This document shows positions 36,939 to 45,388 of a stretch of 64,000 bases of DNA, in pieces. A program made the translations under genes and the position numbers. The notes beneath the pieces were generated by a model, which saw nothing but the letters and a program-made list of their open reading frames with translations, was not told the origin of the DNA and made no database searches. The stretch is from contig DAOUJF010000025.1 of assembly GCA_034423035.1 (NCBI GenBank), positions 64,349 to 128,348 on the forward strand. The letters are read 5' to 3'. The DNA comes from Dehalococcoidia bacterium. Lineage in GTDB: Bacteria > Chloroflexota > Dehalococcoidia > Lucifugimonadales > VXLM01. Within the stretch, counting starts at the first letter, position 1. Each line of letters opens with the position of its first letter.

Positions 36939-37787
36939 TTACGACGGGGTTCCTCCTTTGCCGGTTGCCCGTCGCACGGCGTCAAGGTAGGTCTTGGACC
37001 CCTCTGTCAGATAGGCCAGCCAGCTGGTCATAAGGAACCTAGCGCCGGCCTCTACCACTTCTTCCGCCGTCGATGCCCACGCGATGGCCCCGGCAGTCCG
37101 CCCGGACTCGGCGATGCGTGACACAGCATCGGAAATGGTCTGCTTGACCTTCGGGTGGTCGATCTGGCCGACCAGCCCCATGCTTTGAGCCAAGTCGCTT
37201 GGCGCAACGAAGAATACGTCGATGTGGTCTACGGCAAGGATTTCCGACAGATTCTCTATCGCAAGGATGTCCTCGATCATCACGACAACGAGGGTCTCTT
37301 GGTTGGCCTTCTTGAAGTACTCTTCCGAACCGACTCCGTACGCCTGTCGGCTCTCGTACATTCCCCTGGCCCCAATCGGCCCGTATCGAGAAGCCCGGAC
37401 GACCTCCTTCGCCTGTTCCGCCGTATCGACGTGCGGCACGATCACACCTTGAGCGCCCTGATCGAGCGATCTATAGATGAGACCGTAGTCCACGCGGTTT
37501 ACCCGGACAAGCGACGTCATTCCCCAGAGGTCACACGACCGCGTGATGTTCTGGATCTCTCTGAAGTCGATTGCTCCATGCTCGGTCTCGACCCACACGC
37601 CGTCGAACCCCATAGGGCCGAGAAAGTCTACGATCTCTGCCGTGTGCATCCCCTCGACGACGCTGACGACCTCGCCTCGTTCGAGCTTCCTCTTGATCCG
37701 GTTTTCCCGTAGTTGACGCAATTGGCACTCCTTTTCATTGAGCCCTGTATGCCGCTGGTTCTTTCGACGGATTGTCCTGCCCGGCAA
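36939..37787 (-). CDS. HpcH/HpaI-family aldolase
   Basis: FDGVWVETEHGAIDF, VRVN, GAQGVIVPHVDTAEQAKE, VMIEDILAIENL, FFVAPSDLAQSMG. Confidence 0.8.
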   Translation of the reverse strand: MPGRTIRRKNQRHTGLNEKECQLRQLRENRIKRKLERGEVVSVVEGMHTAEIVDFLGPMGFDGVWVETEHGAIDFREIQNITRSCDLWGMTSLVRVNRVDYGLIYRSLDQGAQGVIVPHVDTAEQAKEVVRASRYGPIGARGMYESRQAYGVGSEEYFKKANQETLVVVMIEDILAIENLSEILAVDHIDVFFVAPSDLAQSMGLVGQIDHPKVKQTISDAVSRIAESGRTAGAIAWASTAEEVVEAGARFLMTSWLAYLTEGSKTYLDAVRRATGKGGTPS

Positions 37788-37796
37788 TTCGATCAG

Positions 37797-38867
37797 CTAC
37801 GCGAACTCGCCACGAAGCATTTCTGCGGCAAGCGCCTCGTTCCTGAGTTTCATATATGCCTCGTCGAGGGGGATGTCGGCTGCGCTTCCCGGCGCGAAGC
37901 CGCAGTCGGGATGCAGGATAATCCGTTCCGGCGCTACGTATTGGACGGCCCTCCGGACGCGGTCGGCGATCTCATCGGGCGTGTCTATATGACTGCTTCG
38001 ACAGTCCACGCACCCCAGCCCGATATCGAACCTTTCGGGCAGTTCGCGCAGTACCGCAAAATCACCTGCCGCCGGTATCGCGAATTCCAGCATGAGAATG
38101 TCGACCTGCAGATCCGAAAGGGCGGGCAGGATCGGGCCGTATCCGCCCTCGCCCACCCATCCTGCGCGCCCCTTGTTTCGCCTGCACAGGTGGACTGCCA
38201 GCCTCACGCCCTCCACGCCCTCTACGACCTGATTGATAAGGTCAACGCAAAAGGCCATTTCAGCCTGCGGGTCCTCGTACGCCGCCCTGACCTCTGGGTC
38301 GACGAACAGGCATAGATGGGGATCGTCGATCTGTGCTACCTCCACCCCTTCATCTCTTAAGGCGATGAGTTCCTGCCGCAGCACGGGTACCAGCGCCTCG
38401 GTGAAGTCCCGCCGCGTGGGATATGCCGCACTCGACAGTTCCTCGTCCCACATACGCTCACCTATCAGATAGGGCGACGGAATGGCGACCTTGACATCGC
38501 GTTTGGTGTGCTCTTTCAGGAAACTGGCTTCCTTTGCCAGCAGACCCGGATTTACGACCTCCAGTTCAGACGTGACGACATGCCACGTCTGACGCTGACC
38601 GAGAACCTCCTTTATCGACAGTTCGAACCCGCTGCAGATGTCGGCAATGACGCCGATGTATGACTTCCGCCGCCATTCGCCATCGGAGATGATGTCGATT
38701 CCGGCAAGCTCCTGCATCTGCGCCACGTAGGGAATGGCGGAGTCCATCATCCGACGAAACTCGGCTAGGGAGCCACCTTCCTCGACCTGGGTTTCGATGA
38801 GGTCTCGGACGTACTGTGGCCTTGGCATCGAGCCGACGACGGTGGTCGGGAACAGGTCTTCGTTCAT
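37797..38867 (-). CDS. cobalamin-independent methionine-synthase-like (MetE C-terminal / Meth_synt_2) family protein
   Basis: FPTTVVGSMPRP, IISDGEWRRKSY, HLCRRN..., CGF near the C-terminus. Confidence 0.75.
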   Translation of the reverse strand: MNEDLFPTTVVGSMPRPQYVRDLIETQVEEGGSLAEFRRMMDSAIPYVAQMQELAGIDIISDGEWRRKSYIGVIADICSGFELSIKEVLGQRQTWHVVTSELEVVNPGLLAKEASFLKEHTKRDVKVAIPSPYLIGERMWDEELSSAAYPTRRDFTEALVPVLRQELIALRDEGVEVAQIDDPHLCLFVDPEVRAAYEDPQAEMAFCVDLINQVVEGVEGVRLAVHLCRRNKGRAGWVGEGGYGPILPALSDLQVDILMLEFAIPAAGDFAVLRELPERFDIGLGCVDCRSSHIDTPDEIADRVRRAVQYVAPERIILHPDCGFAPGSAADIPLDEAYMKLRNEALAAEMLRGEFA

Positions 38868-38931
38868 CCGGTTCTCTGGCGGGACTTCATAGTTTCATTC
38901 GTGACACAGTCGGAAGGGAATTTAGAGCGGG

Positions 38932-39696
38932 TCAATCTGCGAACCTCATCCAATCGGCGGTGGCAAGGTGATAGTCCTGGATAGTGTCGACTTCATGGTA
39001 GTTGCCGGGTACTGCCACACAGTGCACGGGAATACCCGCTCGAACCATTCGGTCGAGAAGGTGAATCACATAGGCCATACGAAAGGGTCGACCGTCGGCG
39101 ATGATCTGCTCGTCACCAAACTCGGCGTGAATTTCATCATGGAAATCCAGAAACTGAGATGCCCCCTTGGCCGACATCTTGATAACGCCGGTATACTCTC
39201 CGGAGGCCTCATCAGGCTCAATCGTCCGCGATACTTCCACCACGCGATCACCTTCCACGATCATCTTTTCGGCGTCGGTCTCGGGGTGCATACTGCGGAA
39301 GACATAGCGTTCACGCCAACGGGTGTCCATGACAAGCGTTATATCGTGCGGCGAGTCCTGCAGCGCCTTCACCGCTTCGCCGAGGTACAACGTGTCGGTG
39401 TATGTAGCGTAAAAGCCGTCCGCCATGAACTCACGTGCGCAGACGAGGGACGCCAGGATGTTGGTCGTGGGCCAGGCGGAGTTTTCCACGTAGACAAAGT
39501 TCGGATAGGCGTCTCGCACCACATCGATGAGATACCCGCCAACGAATACGAATCTGTCCAGACCATTTTCTTGAAAGGCGCGCAGCGTCCAGTCGAGAAT
39601 CCTGGTCCCAGCTATTTCGGTGAAGCACTTGGGCTGCGACGCTGTGAGGGGCATGAGCCGTGCCCCACGACCGGCTCCCAGTAGAATGACGTTCAA
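38932..39696 (-). CDS. nucleotidyltransferase (NTP_transferase family)
   Basis: VILLGAGRGARLMPLTASQPKCF N-terminal signature. Confidence 0.7.
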   Translation of the reverse strand: MNVILLGAGRGARLMPLTASQPKCFTEIAGTRILDWTLRAFQENGLDRFVFVGGYLIDVVRDAYPNFVYVENSAWPTTNILASLVCAREFMADGFYATYTDTLYLGEAVKALQDSPHDITLVMDTRWRERYVFRSMHPETDAEKMIVEGDRVVEVSRTIEPDEASGEYTGVIKMSAKGASQFLDFHDEIHAEFGDEQIIADGRPFRMAYVIHLLDRMVRAGIPVHCVAVPGNYHEVDTIQDYHLATADWMRFAD

Positions 39697-39834
39697 GCTG
39701 CCGATTATCTCCGTGCCGCGAAATCGCGTTCAGCCTACCGAGAATTCCGGACGGACGCAAATCGGCCCGGCAATGAGTGCCTAGACAATCACCGCCGGGC
39801 CTTCGGACAAAGAAGTCCTATGGACACTTGCAGT

Positions 39835-41136
39835 CTATGGGAGCGGCTGCTCCTCGACGTATGCCCCGAACGTGTATGCGAACACGCGGAACTGGTCGGA
39901 GTTCGAGCTCAGCTTGAGCTCGTGACCCTCAAAATCGTCGAGTTGAATCACGCGGTACATACGTGGCTCATCCACCTGAATGAAGCTGTTGCCCTCGTCG
40001 TCCCACTGGACGTCCAGGCCCGCCTGCTCCTCCTTCACCGGCTCGTCGTTGACGAGAACTCGTACGTCATAAGGCTCAACGCTGTCTTCTTTGGTCAACA
40101 CAACGTTGACCTCCGCCGCCTTGAAATTGACAAGGATGTAGTCCTCGAAGTCTTCTGTGACCCGTGCGTGCCGGAGGTGTTCCAACTCGTTGATCCATGA
40201 GCCTTGCAAGTAAATGAACTGGTTGTAATGCTCCTCGGCGATGTCCTCATACTCAACGACTCGTCCCAGCCCTTGGTAGTACTCTTCGTGGAGGACGTAT
40301 GGGGAGCCTCCAAACTGAAGCGCGCCATAGTTTCGCTCCACTCCTGCATACAGTTCGCGGGTCAGCCCTTCCAGGGGGTCTTGGGCGAGCGCGTCAAGGT
40401 GGAAACTGGCGTCTTCGATATTGCTGTGTTCGATGCTGGCTACGTCTTCATCGAGCTCGGCCAGGACCTTGCGTATCTCGTCCTCCGTCTCGATGTACTC
40501 GCCTTCACCGAAGTGCGTGTACCGGATGATTCCGTCCTTGTCTATGAGGTATTTGGCCGGCCACGACCTGTTCAGGAAGTTATTCCAGGTACCGTGATCG
40601 TTATCCAGGACGACGGGGTACTCGATTCCCCAGTCCTCGACCGCCATCTTCACGTTCGATTCGAGCTTTTCGAACTCGAATTCCGGCGCGTGAACACCGA
40701 CGATCACGAGACCGGCGTCCTTATACTTGTCATGCCATTCCTTGATGAACGGCAGCGTCCGGATGCAGTTGACACAGGTGTAGGTCCAGAAGTCGATGAG
40801 AACGACCTTGTCCCCTCTGAGTTCCTCCAACGTGAACGGCTCCGTGTTTATGTAGGAGCTGATGCCCGCGAGTTCCGGCGCCAAAAGTCCTTCCTGGCCC
40901 TGAGGTCCCGCCTGAGGATCGGGGGCAGGGGTCGCGGTCGGATCGGGAACGGGCGTGGGCGGAGGCGGCGCCTTGTCGGTATCCACGCTGGAGACCGAGG
41001 GAGTGGCCGTCGCTCTGGGGGTCGCAGTCGGTTCGTCCGGAGCGTCTGCCCCGTCACTCCCACCGCACGCCGCCAACACGAGCGCAAACAGGAAAGCAAG
41101 CGCTGTAATCGTAATGAGGTTCCGAGAGATTGTCAT
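39835..41136 (-). CDS. secreted lipoprotein: thioredoxin-fold (DipZ C-terminal-like) module plus beta-sandwich domain
   Basis: Lipobox LVLAAC, Pro/Thr linker, FWTYTCVNCIRTLPFIKEW (CxxC), and the ending HELKLSSNSDQFRVFAYTFG. Confidence 0.7.
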   Translation of the reverse strand: MTISRNLITITALAFLFALVLAACGGSDGADAPDEPTATPRATATPSVSSVDTDKAPPPPTPVPDPTATPAPDPQAGPQGQEGLLAPELAGISSYINTEPFTLEELRGDKVVLIDFWTYTCVNCIRTLPFIKEWHDKYKDAGLVIVGVHAPEFEFEKLESNVKMAVEDWGIEYPVVLDNDHGTWNNFLNRSWPAKYLIDKDGIIRYTHFGEGEYIETEDEIRKVLAELDEDVASIEHSNIEDASFHLDALAQDPLEGLTRELYAGVERNYGALQFGGSPYVLHEEYYQGLGRVVEYEDIAEEHYNQFIYLQGSWINELEHLRHARVTEDFEDYILVNFKAAEVNVVLTKEDSVEPYDVRVLVNDEPVKEEQAGLDVQWDDEGNSFIQVDEPRMYRVIQLDDFEGHELKLSSNSDQFRVFAYTFGAYVEEQPLP

Positions 41137-41202
41137 GGTGTCTCCTAAAATGTTGTGCAGCCGCGCAAGATGGTTGCGCCTGCTGCCGGTTGGCCTTTGT
41201 CT

Positions 41203-43467
41203 CTAGAACGGTTCCGGTTCAAATATGTTCGCTTCGAAGGTAACTGTGTAGACCTCCAGTCCGCTGGAGTCGGACCACAGTTTTACTTCGTGGCTAGCGT
41301 AGTCGGGGAGGTCGACCAGTTGGTAGACACGGGGACGGCCGACCGCTATGTAGCTTTCTCCATCGGTATCATACAGTACGTCTTCTCCCGCTAGTTCGTG
41401 CGGGACCGGTGCGCCGTCAAGCGTGATCCGCACGCGCTGGGCTGCGCCGTCACCATTCGAAAGGACGGCTGCCGCCTTCTTGCCAACGATCTTGAACGCC
41501 AGATAGTCCTTGTAGCTGTCCGTGTTTCTCGAATGGACAACGCTCTCCTCACCTGTCTGCCACTCTCCATGAAGGTAGGCGTAGTGGTTCTCGAGTTCCC
41601 CCGGGTCCTGAAATGAGGTTGTCTCGTTCGTCCCTTGGAAGTACTCTTCCTGCGGGAAGTAGGGATCCGGAGCCTCAGGGCCATTCTTCGATCTGCCCAA
41701 GTAAATGTCCCTCGTTCTCCGCACGTCGTCCTCCAGCGCGAATGTACGAGGGTCGGGTTCGAGCTCCTGTTGGCTGCTAATGGGGATATTTGACACGTCC
41801 GCTCCCGCGTTCTCAAGCCAGTGTCTGATCTCCTGCTCCATCACGGTATATCCGCCCGGACCAAGCCGCAGATGGCGTATGAACCCATTCTTGTCCAGAA
41901 GATATGAGCCCGGTACGGAGAAATTTCGGAACGCCCGCGCGGTCGCCCCGCTATGGTCGATGCCGACGGCGTGTACGACACCCTGTGCCTTCAGCGACTT
42001 AGCCACAACGTCGTTCCGGTTTTCGAACTCAAACTGTGGCGCATGGATTCCTACGATTCTCAGTCCATGATCTTCGTACTTTTGCCGCCAGAACTCGATG
42101 AATGGCTGAATTTGAATACAGTCGTCGCACGCGACCGAGAAGAATACGACGATGACGACGTTACCTCGTAGGTCGGCCAGAGACATGGCAGGGGAGTTGA
42201 TCCAGTTCGTGATGCCCACCAGCTCCCTTGGAGTTCGCTGGTAGTGACCGAAGGTGAAGGTGTATAGCTCAAAGTCATCCGAGTTGGAGCTGATTTTCAA
42301 CTCGTGCTCCCCGAACTCACCGAGACGCACGATGTTGTACATGCGCGCTTGGTCTACGACGAAATAGCTATTTCCTTCGGCGTCAAACCGTATGTCGTCG
42401 CCGGCTCGGGAGCGGCCCAGCGGTTCACCGGCAAGGGTGACGCGAACCTTGTATTCGGCGTCTTTCATGCCGACGACCGCGTTTACCTCGTTCGAGTAGA
42501 ACCTGATTGCCACATAGTCCTCGTGGGCGGTTGTCTCTCTCGCGTGTGTAAGACTCTCCGGGCCGCGTTCCCATTTGCCCTGCAGATACAGGTAGTGATT
42601 CTGATGTTCGCCCGGATCGGTAAACGTTGTGACCTCAGAGGACTCGCTGAAGTACTCGGAGTTCCCCACGTAGGCCAGCTTCTCGCCGCCGTTCGTGAAT
42701 GCGATGCGGTTTTTGATGGAGCTTGCGTAGAGTTCTCTCGTGACTGCCTCATCGAGGCTGGAAGAACTCTGGAGGCCGGGATAGACTGGGCCGTCCGCGT
42801 CCGTATTTGCAGGAACATCGGAGAGCGTTGCTGCCGTCTCGGAGAGTAAGTCCCGGATCCACCGTTCAGTCTCAGCGTATTGCCCCTCGCCGAAGTGCCG
42901 AAATCGGATTGTTCCACCTTTGTCTATCAGGAACTTGCCCGGCCAGCTCCGGTTGCCAAAGGCCTGCCACGTACTTAGCTTGTTGTCCTGCGCCACCGGG
43001 TACTCGATGCCGAAGTCGGAGACCGCCTGCACCACGTTTGCGCGAACCGTCTCGAACAGGAACTCCGGGGAGTGGACGCCTACGATGACCAGCCCCTTGT
43101 CCGCGTACTTGGAGTGCCACTCTTTGAGGTGCTCGAATGTCCTGATGCAGTTGATGCACGTGTAGGTCCAGAAGTCGATGAGAACGACCTTGCCCCGCAG
43201 GTCGGCCATACTGAGGGGTTCTGAATTAATCCAGCCGGAGATGCCGGCGAACTCCGGGGCCGAAGGCTCGCCGGACTCAACAGTGGCTTCTGCCGCAGTA
43301 GCCGCAGGCGGCGGAGGAGTAGCATCTGGCACGGCGGTCGGCATCGCAAGAGGCGTAGCGGTACGGGTCGCCACCGTGTCTTGGGAGCCGCAAGCGATGG
43401 CACAAGCCAATACGAAGAGGGGCCACGGCACCATTCTCACGAGCATTGATCGCATCCGCTGACACAT
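41203..43467 (-). CDS. secreted lipoprotein with two tandem thioredoxin-fold/beta-sandwich modules (internal duplication of the 39835-41136 architecture)
   Basis: Lipobox AIACG. Module 1 has FWTYTCINCIRTFEHLKEW...HELKISSNSDDFELYTFTFG. Module 2 has FFSVACDDCIQIQPFIEFW...HEVKLWSDSSGLEVYTVTFE. Confidence 0.7.
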   Translation of the reverse strand: MCQRMRSMLVRMVPWPLFVLACAIACGSQDTVATRTATPLAMPTAVPDATPPPPAATAAEATVESGEPSAPEFAGISGWINSEPLSMADLRGKVVLIDFWTYTCINCIRTFEHLKEWHSKYADKGLVIVGVHSPEFLFETVRANVVQAVSDFGIEYPVAQDNKLSTWQAFGNRSWPGKFLIDKGGTIRFRHFGEGQYAETERWIRDLLSETAATLSDVPANTDADGPVYPGLQSSSSLDEAVTRELYASSIKNRIAFTNGGEKLAYVGNSEYFSESSEVTTFTDPGEHQNHYLYLQGKWERGPESLTHARETTAHEDYVAIRFYSNEVNAVVGMKDAEYKVRVTLAGEPLGRSRAGDDIRFDAEGNSYFVVDQARMYNIVRLGEFGEHELKISSNSDDFELYTFTFGHYQRTPRELVGITNWINSPAMSLADLRGNVVIVVFFSVACDDCIQIQPFIEFWRQKYEDHGLRIVGIHAPQFEFENRNDVVAKSLKAQGVVHAVGIDHSGATARAFRNFSVPGSYLLDKNGFIRHLRLGPGGYTVMEQEIRHWLENAGADVSNIPISSQQELEPDPRTFALEDDVRRTRDIYLGRSKNGPEAPDPYFPQEEYFQGTNETTSFQDPGELENHYAYLHGEWQTGEESVVHSRNTDSYKDYLAFKIVGKKAAAVLSNGDGAAQRVRITLDGAPVPHELAGEDVLYDTDGESYIAVGRPRVYQLVDLPDYASHEVKLWSDSSGLEVYTVTFEANIFEPEPF

Positions 43468-43595
43468 TCCAAGTGGGGTAGTTCCAGTATCCGACAGGAA
43501 GCTTAAGCCGCCCTAACGGTTATATGACGAAACAATTAATACCAATTCGATTTGACCACACCATAAGCAGTTGATTCACACCGGAACCCGGCCCT

Positions 43596-43735
43596 CGCTC
43601 CTATCCCCTCTCCCGTCGTAGGCTGACAGGGGTAGGCAAAACGGAATTGTAGGGGCGATTCGCGAATCGCCCCCGCCTCTCTGTCATTCCCCCGCCACTC
43701 TGTCATTCCAAGCGAAGCGAGAGGGGCGGGAGTGT
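43596..43735. repeat. composite REP block L flanking element copy B
   Basis: ccctctcccgtcgtaggctgacaggggtaggcaaaacggaatt...ccccgcctctctgtcattcc...ctgtcattccaagcgaagcgagagg is a direct repeat of 44081-44200 (about 80 % identical by eye). Confidence 0.7.
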
Positions 43736-43777
43736 TCACCTCTTCGACTCTGAACACTCACCACACACACACCCGAT

Positions 43778-43806
43778 TTGACAAACAAGAACGCATGTAC
43801 GACACT
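43778..43806 (+). promoter_or_regulatory. sigma70-type promoter of element copy B
   Basis: TTGACA (43778-43783), 17-nt spacer, GACACT (43801-43806). A 23-nt run atttgacaaacaagaacgcatgt is identical to copy C. Confidence 0.5.
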
Positions 43807-44020
43807 GCAATTGAGAGAAATGTCTTCACCCGATGCGACAGCCCCGCAAGTTACGAAATGGTAGTTACGAAATGTTACAGAATGTTACAAAGTTCAGGGG
43901 GATTCCAAGAAAATGCGCGAGTTGCGTCTGTTCGGGGCCTGTCCGCTAAACCGAAGGGTTCGACCCTGCAGCTTCACAATAACAACGGGAATGCCCGAAA
44001 TGTCCCAGAATGTCCCACTC
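43778..44020 (+). repeat. copy B of the three-copy element
   Basis: TTGACA-17-GACACT, then AGTTAC/AGTTAC/ATGTTAC/ATGTTAC (43849-43892), then gggaatgccc/gaaatgtccc/agaatgtccc (43988-44017). Confidence 0.7.
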
Positions 44021-44080
44021 TTCCAAAGATTAGACCGGGCGCTTGTACACTCGCTCCCGCGCCGAAGGCTGACCGGCAAC

Positions 44081-44200
44081 TCCCTCTCCCGCCGAGTTGA
44101 CAGGGGTAGGCAAAACGAATTTGCAGCTATGATCCGGCCCCGCCTCTCTGTCATTCCACCGCAACCCTGTCATTCCGAGCGTAGCGAGGAATCTAAAATC
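44081..44200. repeat. composite REP block R flanking element copy B
   Basis: ccctctcccgccgagttgacaggggtaggcaaaacgaattt...ccccgcctctctgtcattcc...ctgtcattccgagcgtagcgaggaatc. Confidence 0.7.
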
Positions 44201-44290
44201 CATAACCGCAAGACCGGACAGCCGGTGCCGTGCTTCTGAGTGAAAACAGGAACTGTTCAAACTTCGTGAGAACGCCCGAAACCCACCCCC

Positions 44291-44400
44291 GTCATTCCCG
44301 CGAAAGAACGTCACCCCGTACCACGATACGGGGCGGGAATCCAATCCCCTCTCCCGTCGTGGGAGAGGGCTAGGGTGAGGGTCAGGGCTAGAGCCTGCCC
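44291..44400. repeat. REP family 3 long form + family 2
   Basis: gtcattcccgcgaaagaacgtcaccccgtaccacgatacggggcgggaatcc + cccctctcccgtcgtgggagagggctagggtgagggt. Confidence 0.7.
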
Positions 44401-44524
44401 TGTATGTACTTGATACGGGTTTGCGAGGCTGCCGAGCGAGAATGTGGCGCGGATTGAGATTGAGGGAAAAAGAAAGAGACGCCCACACTGGCGTCTCTCA
44501 CTCGCATTCGGTGCAAATGAAAAG

Positions 44525-45241
44525 CTAAGATTTCTTTATGAAGAGGTCAACTAGGCGATCACCGTGGTTCCACAGCCCAGTCACGACGAGGGAAGCGCCA
44601 AGCATCTTGACGATATCACCGGGCATGTATATGTACATTCCATCAACGAATAATTTGCCTTCTGCGGGCCATCCGAAATCGAAGGCGGCAAGCCAGATTA
44701 GTGCAGGAATGTAGAGAGCCAGTCCCCCGAGAGCGATCGCCCAGAGGGAACTGGAGCGTATGAACCCTGCCTGACTGAGATATCCAGTCACTGCTGAGGC
44801 CACCAGGAATCCAATGATGTAGCCTCCCGTAACCCCCATGATGGAAGCGTCCCATGCCACAGCAGGCGTCCGAAATGCCCAGGGGTCGGAGCTTGCGAAC
44901 ATCGGAAGGCCCAACGCACCAAGGGCGATGTAGCCGAGTACGGCCCCTGTTCCCCAGCGCCATCCCATGATTCCGCCCGTGACCAGAACGCCGAAGGTCT
45001 GGAGGGTGATGGGAGTCGGATTCTCAGGCAGGTAGAACCGGGCCTTCGCACAGGCGAAGATCAAGGCAATCAACAGGACGGACGCGAGAATACGGTGTCC
45101 AGTTCCGGCATTCGGAAAGAGTGTGTCGAATAGCGACTTGTCAAGTCGACCGAGTGATCCGAGTGTGCCGTACGCCGGTGCGCTTGCCTGCATGAAGCCA
45201 TGCCTCCTCAAGGTTCTCTGTGTACCTGAAACTGAGGGCAA
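44525..45241 (-). CDS. bioY: BioY-family biotin transporter S-component
   Basis: Six-TM small protein with TLQTFGVLVTGGIMG and GALGLPMFA patterns. Start possibly the internal M at 45193. Confidence 0.65.
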   Translation of the reverse strand: MPSVSGTQRTLRRHGFMQASAPAYGTLGSLGRLDKSLFDTLFPNAGTGHRILASVLLIALIFACAKARFYLPENPTPITLQTFGVLVTGGIMGWRWGTGAVLGYIALGALGLPMFASSDPWAFRTPAVAWDASIMGVTGGYIIGFLVASAVTGYLSQAGFIRSSSLWAIALGGLALYIPALIWLAAFDFGWPAEGKLFVDGMYIYMPGDIVKMLGASLVVTGLWNHGDRLVDLFIKKS

Positions 45242-45388
45242 GTATCTGTCAACGACAGCTTCAAGTCAAGGAAGATCTCGTAGCTCCCGGCTAGCGTGGG
45301 ATTCGGATATCAGGTGAAGGATATAGAGTAGCTTTGATGTGCAAGGGAAGCCAACAGCGGCTCCAGTAAGGTCACGCGGGAAGGCGTG

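Noticed and set aside
43468-44524. Repeat-dense gene-free regions (also 58123-58652) as possible CRISPR arrays.
   Set aside because: The repeats belong to different palindromic families and occur in both orientations with irregular spacing. There is no constant repeat-spacer period and there are no cas genes.
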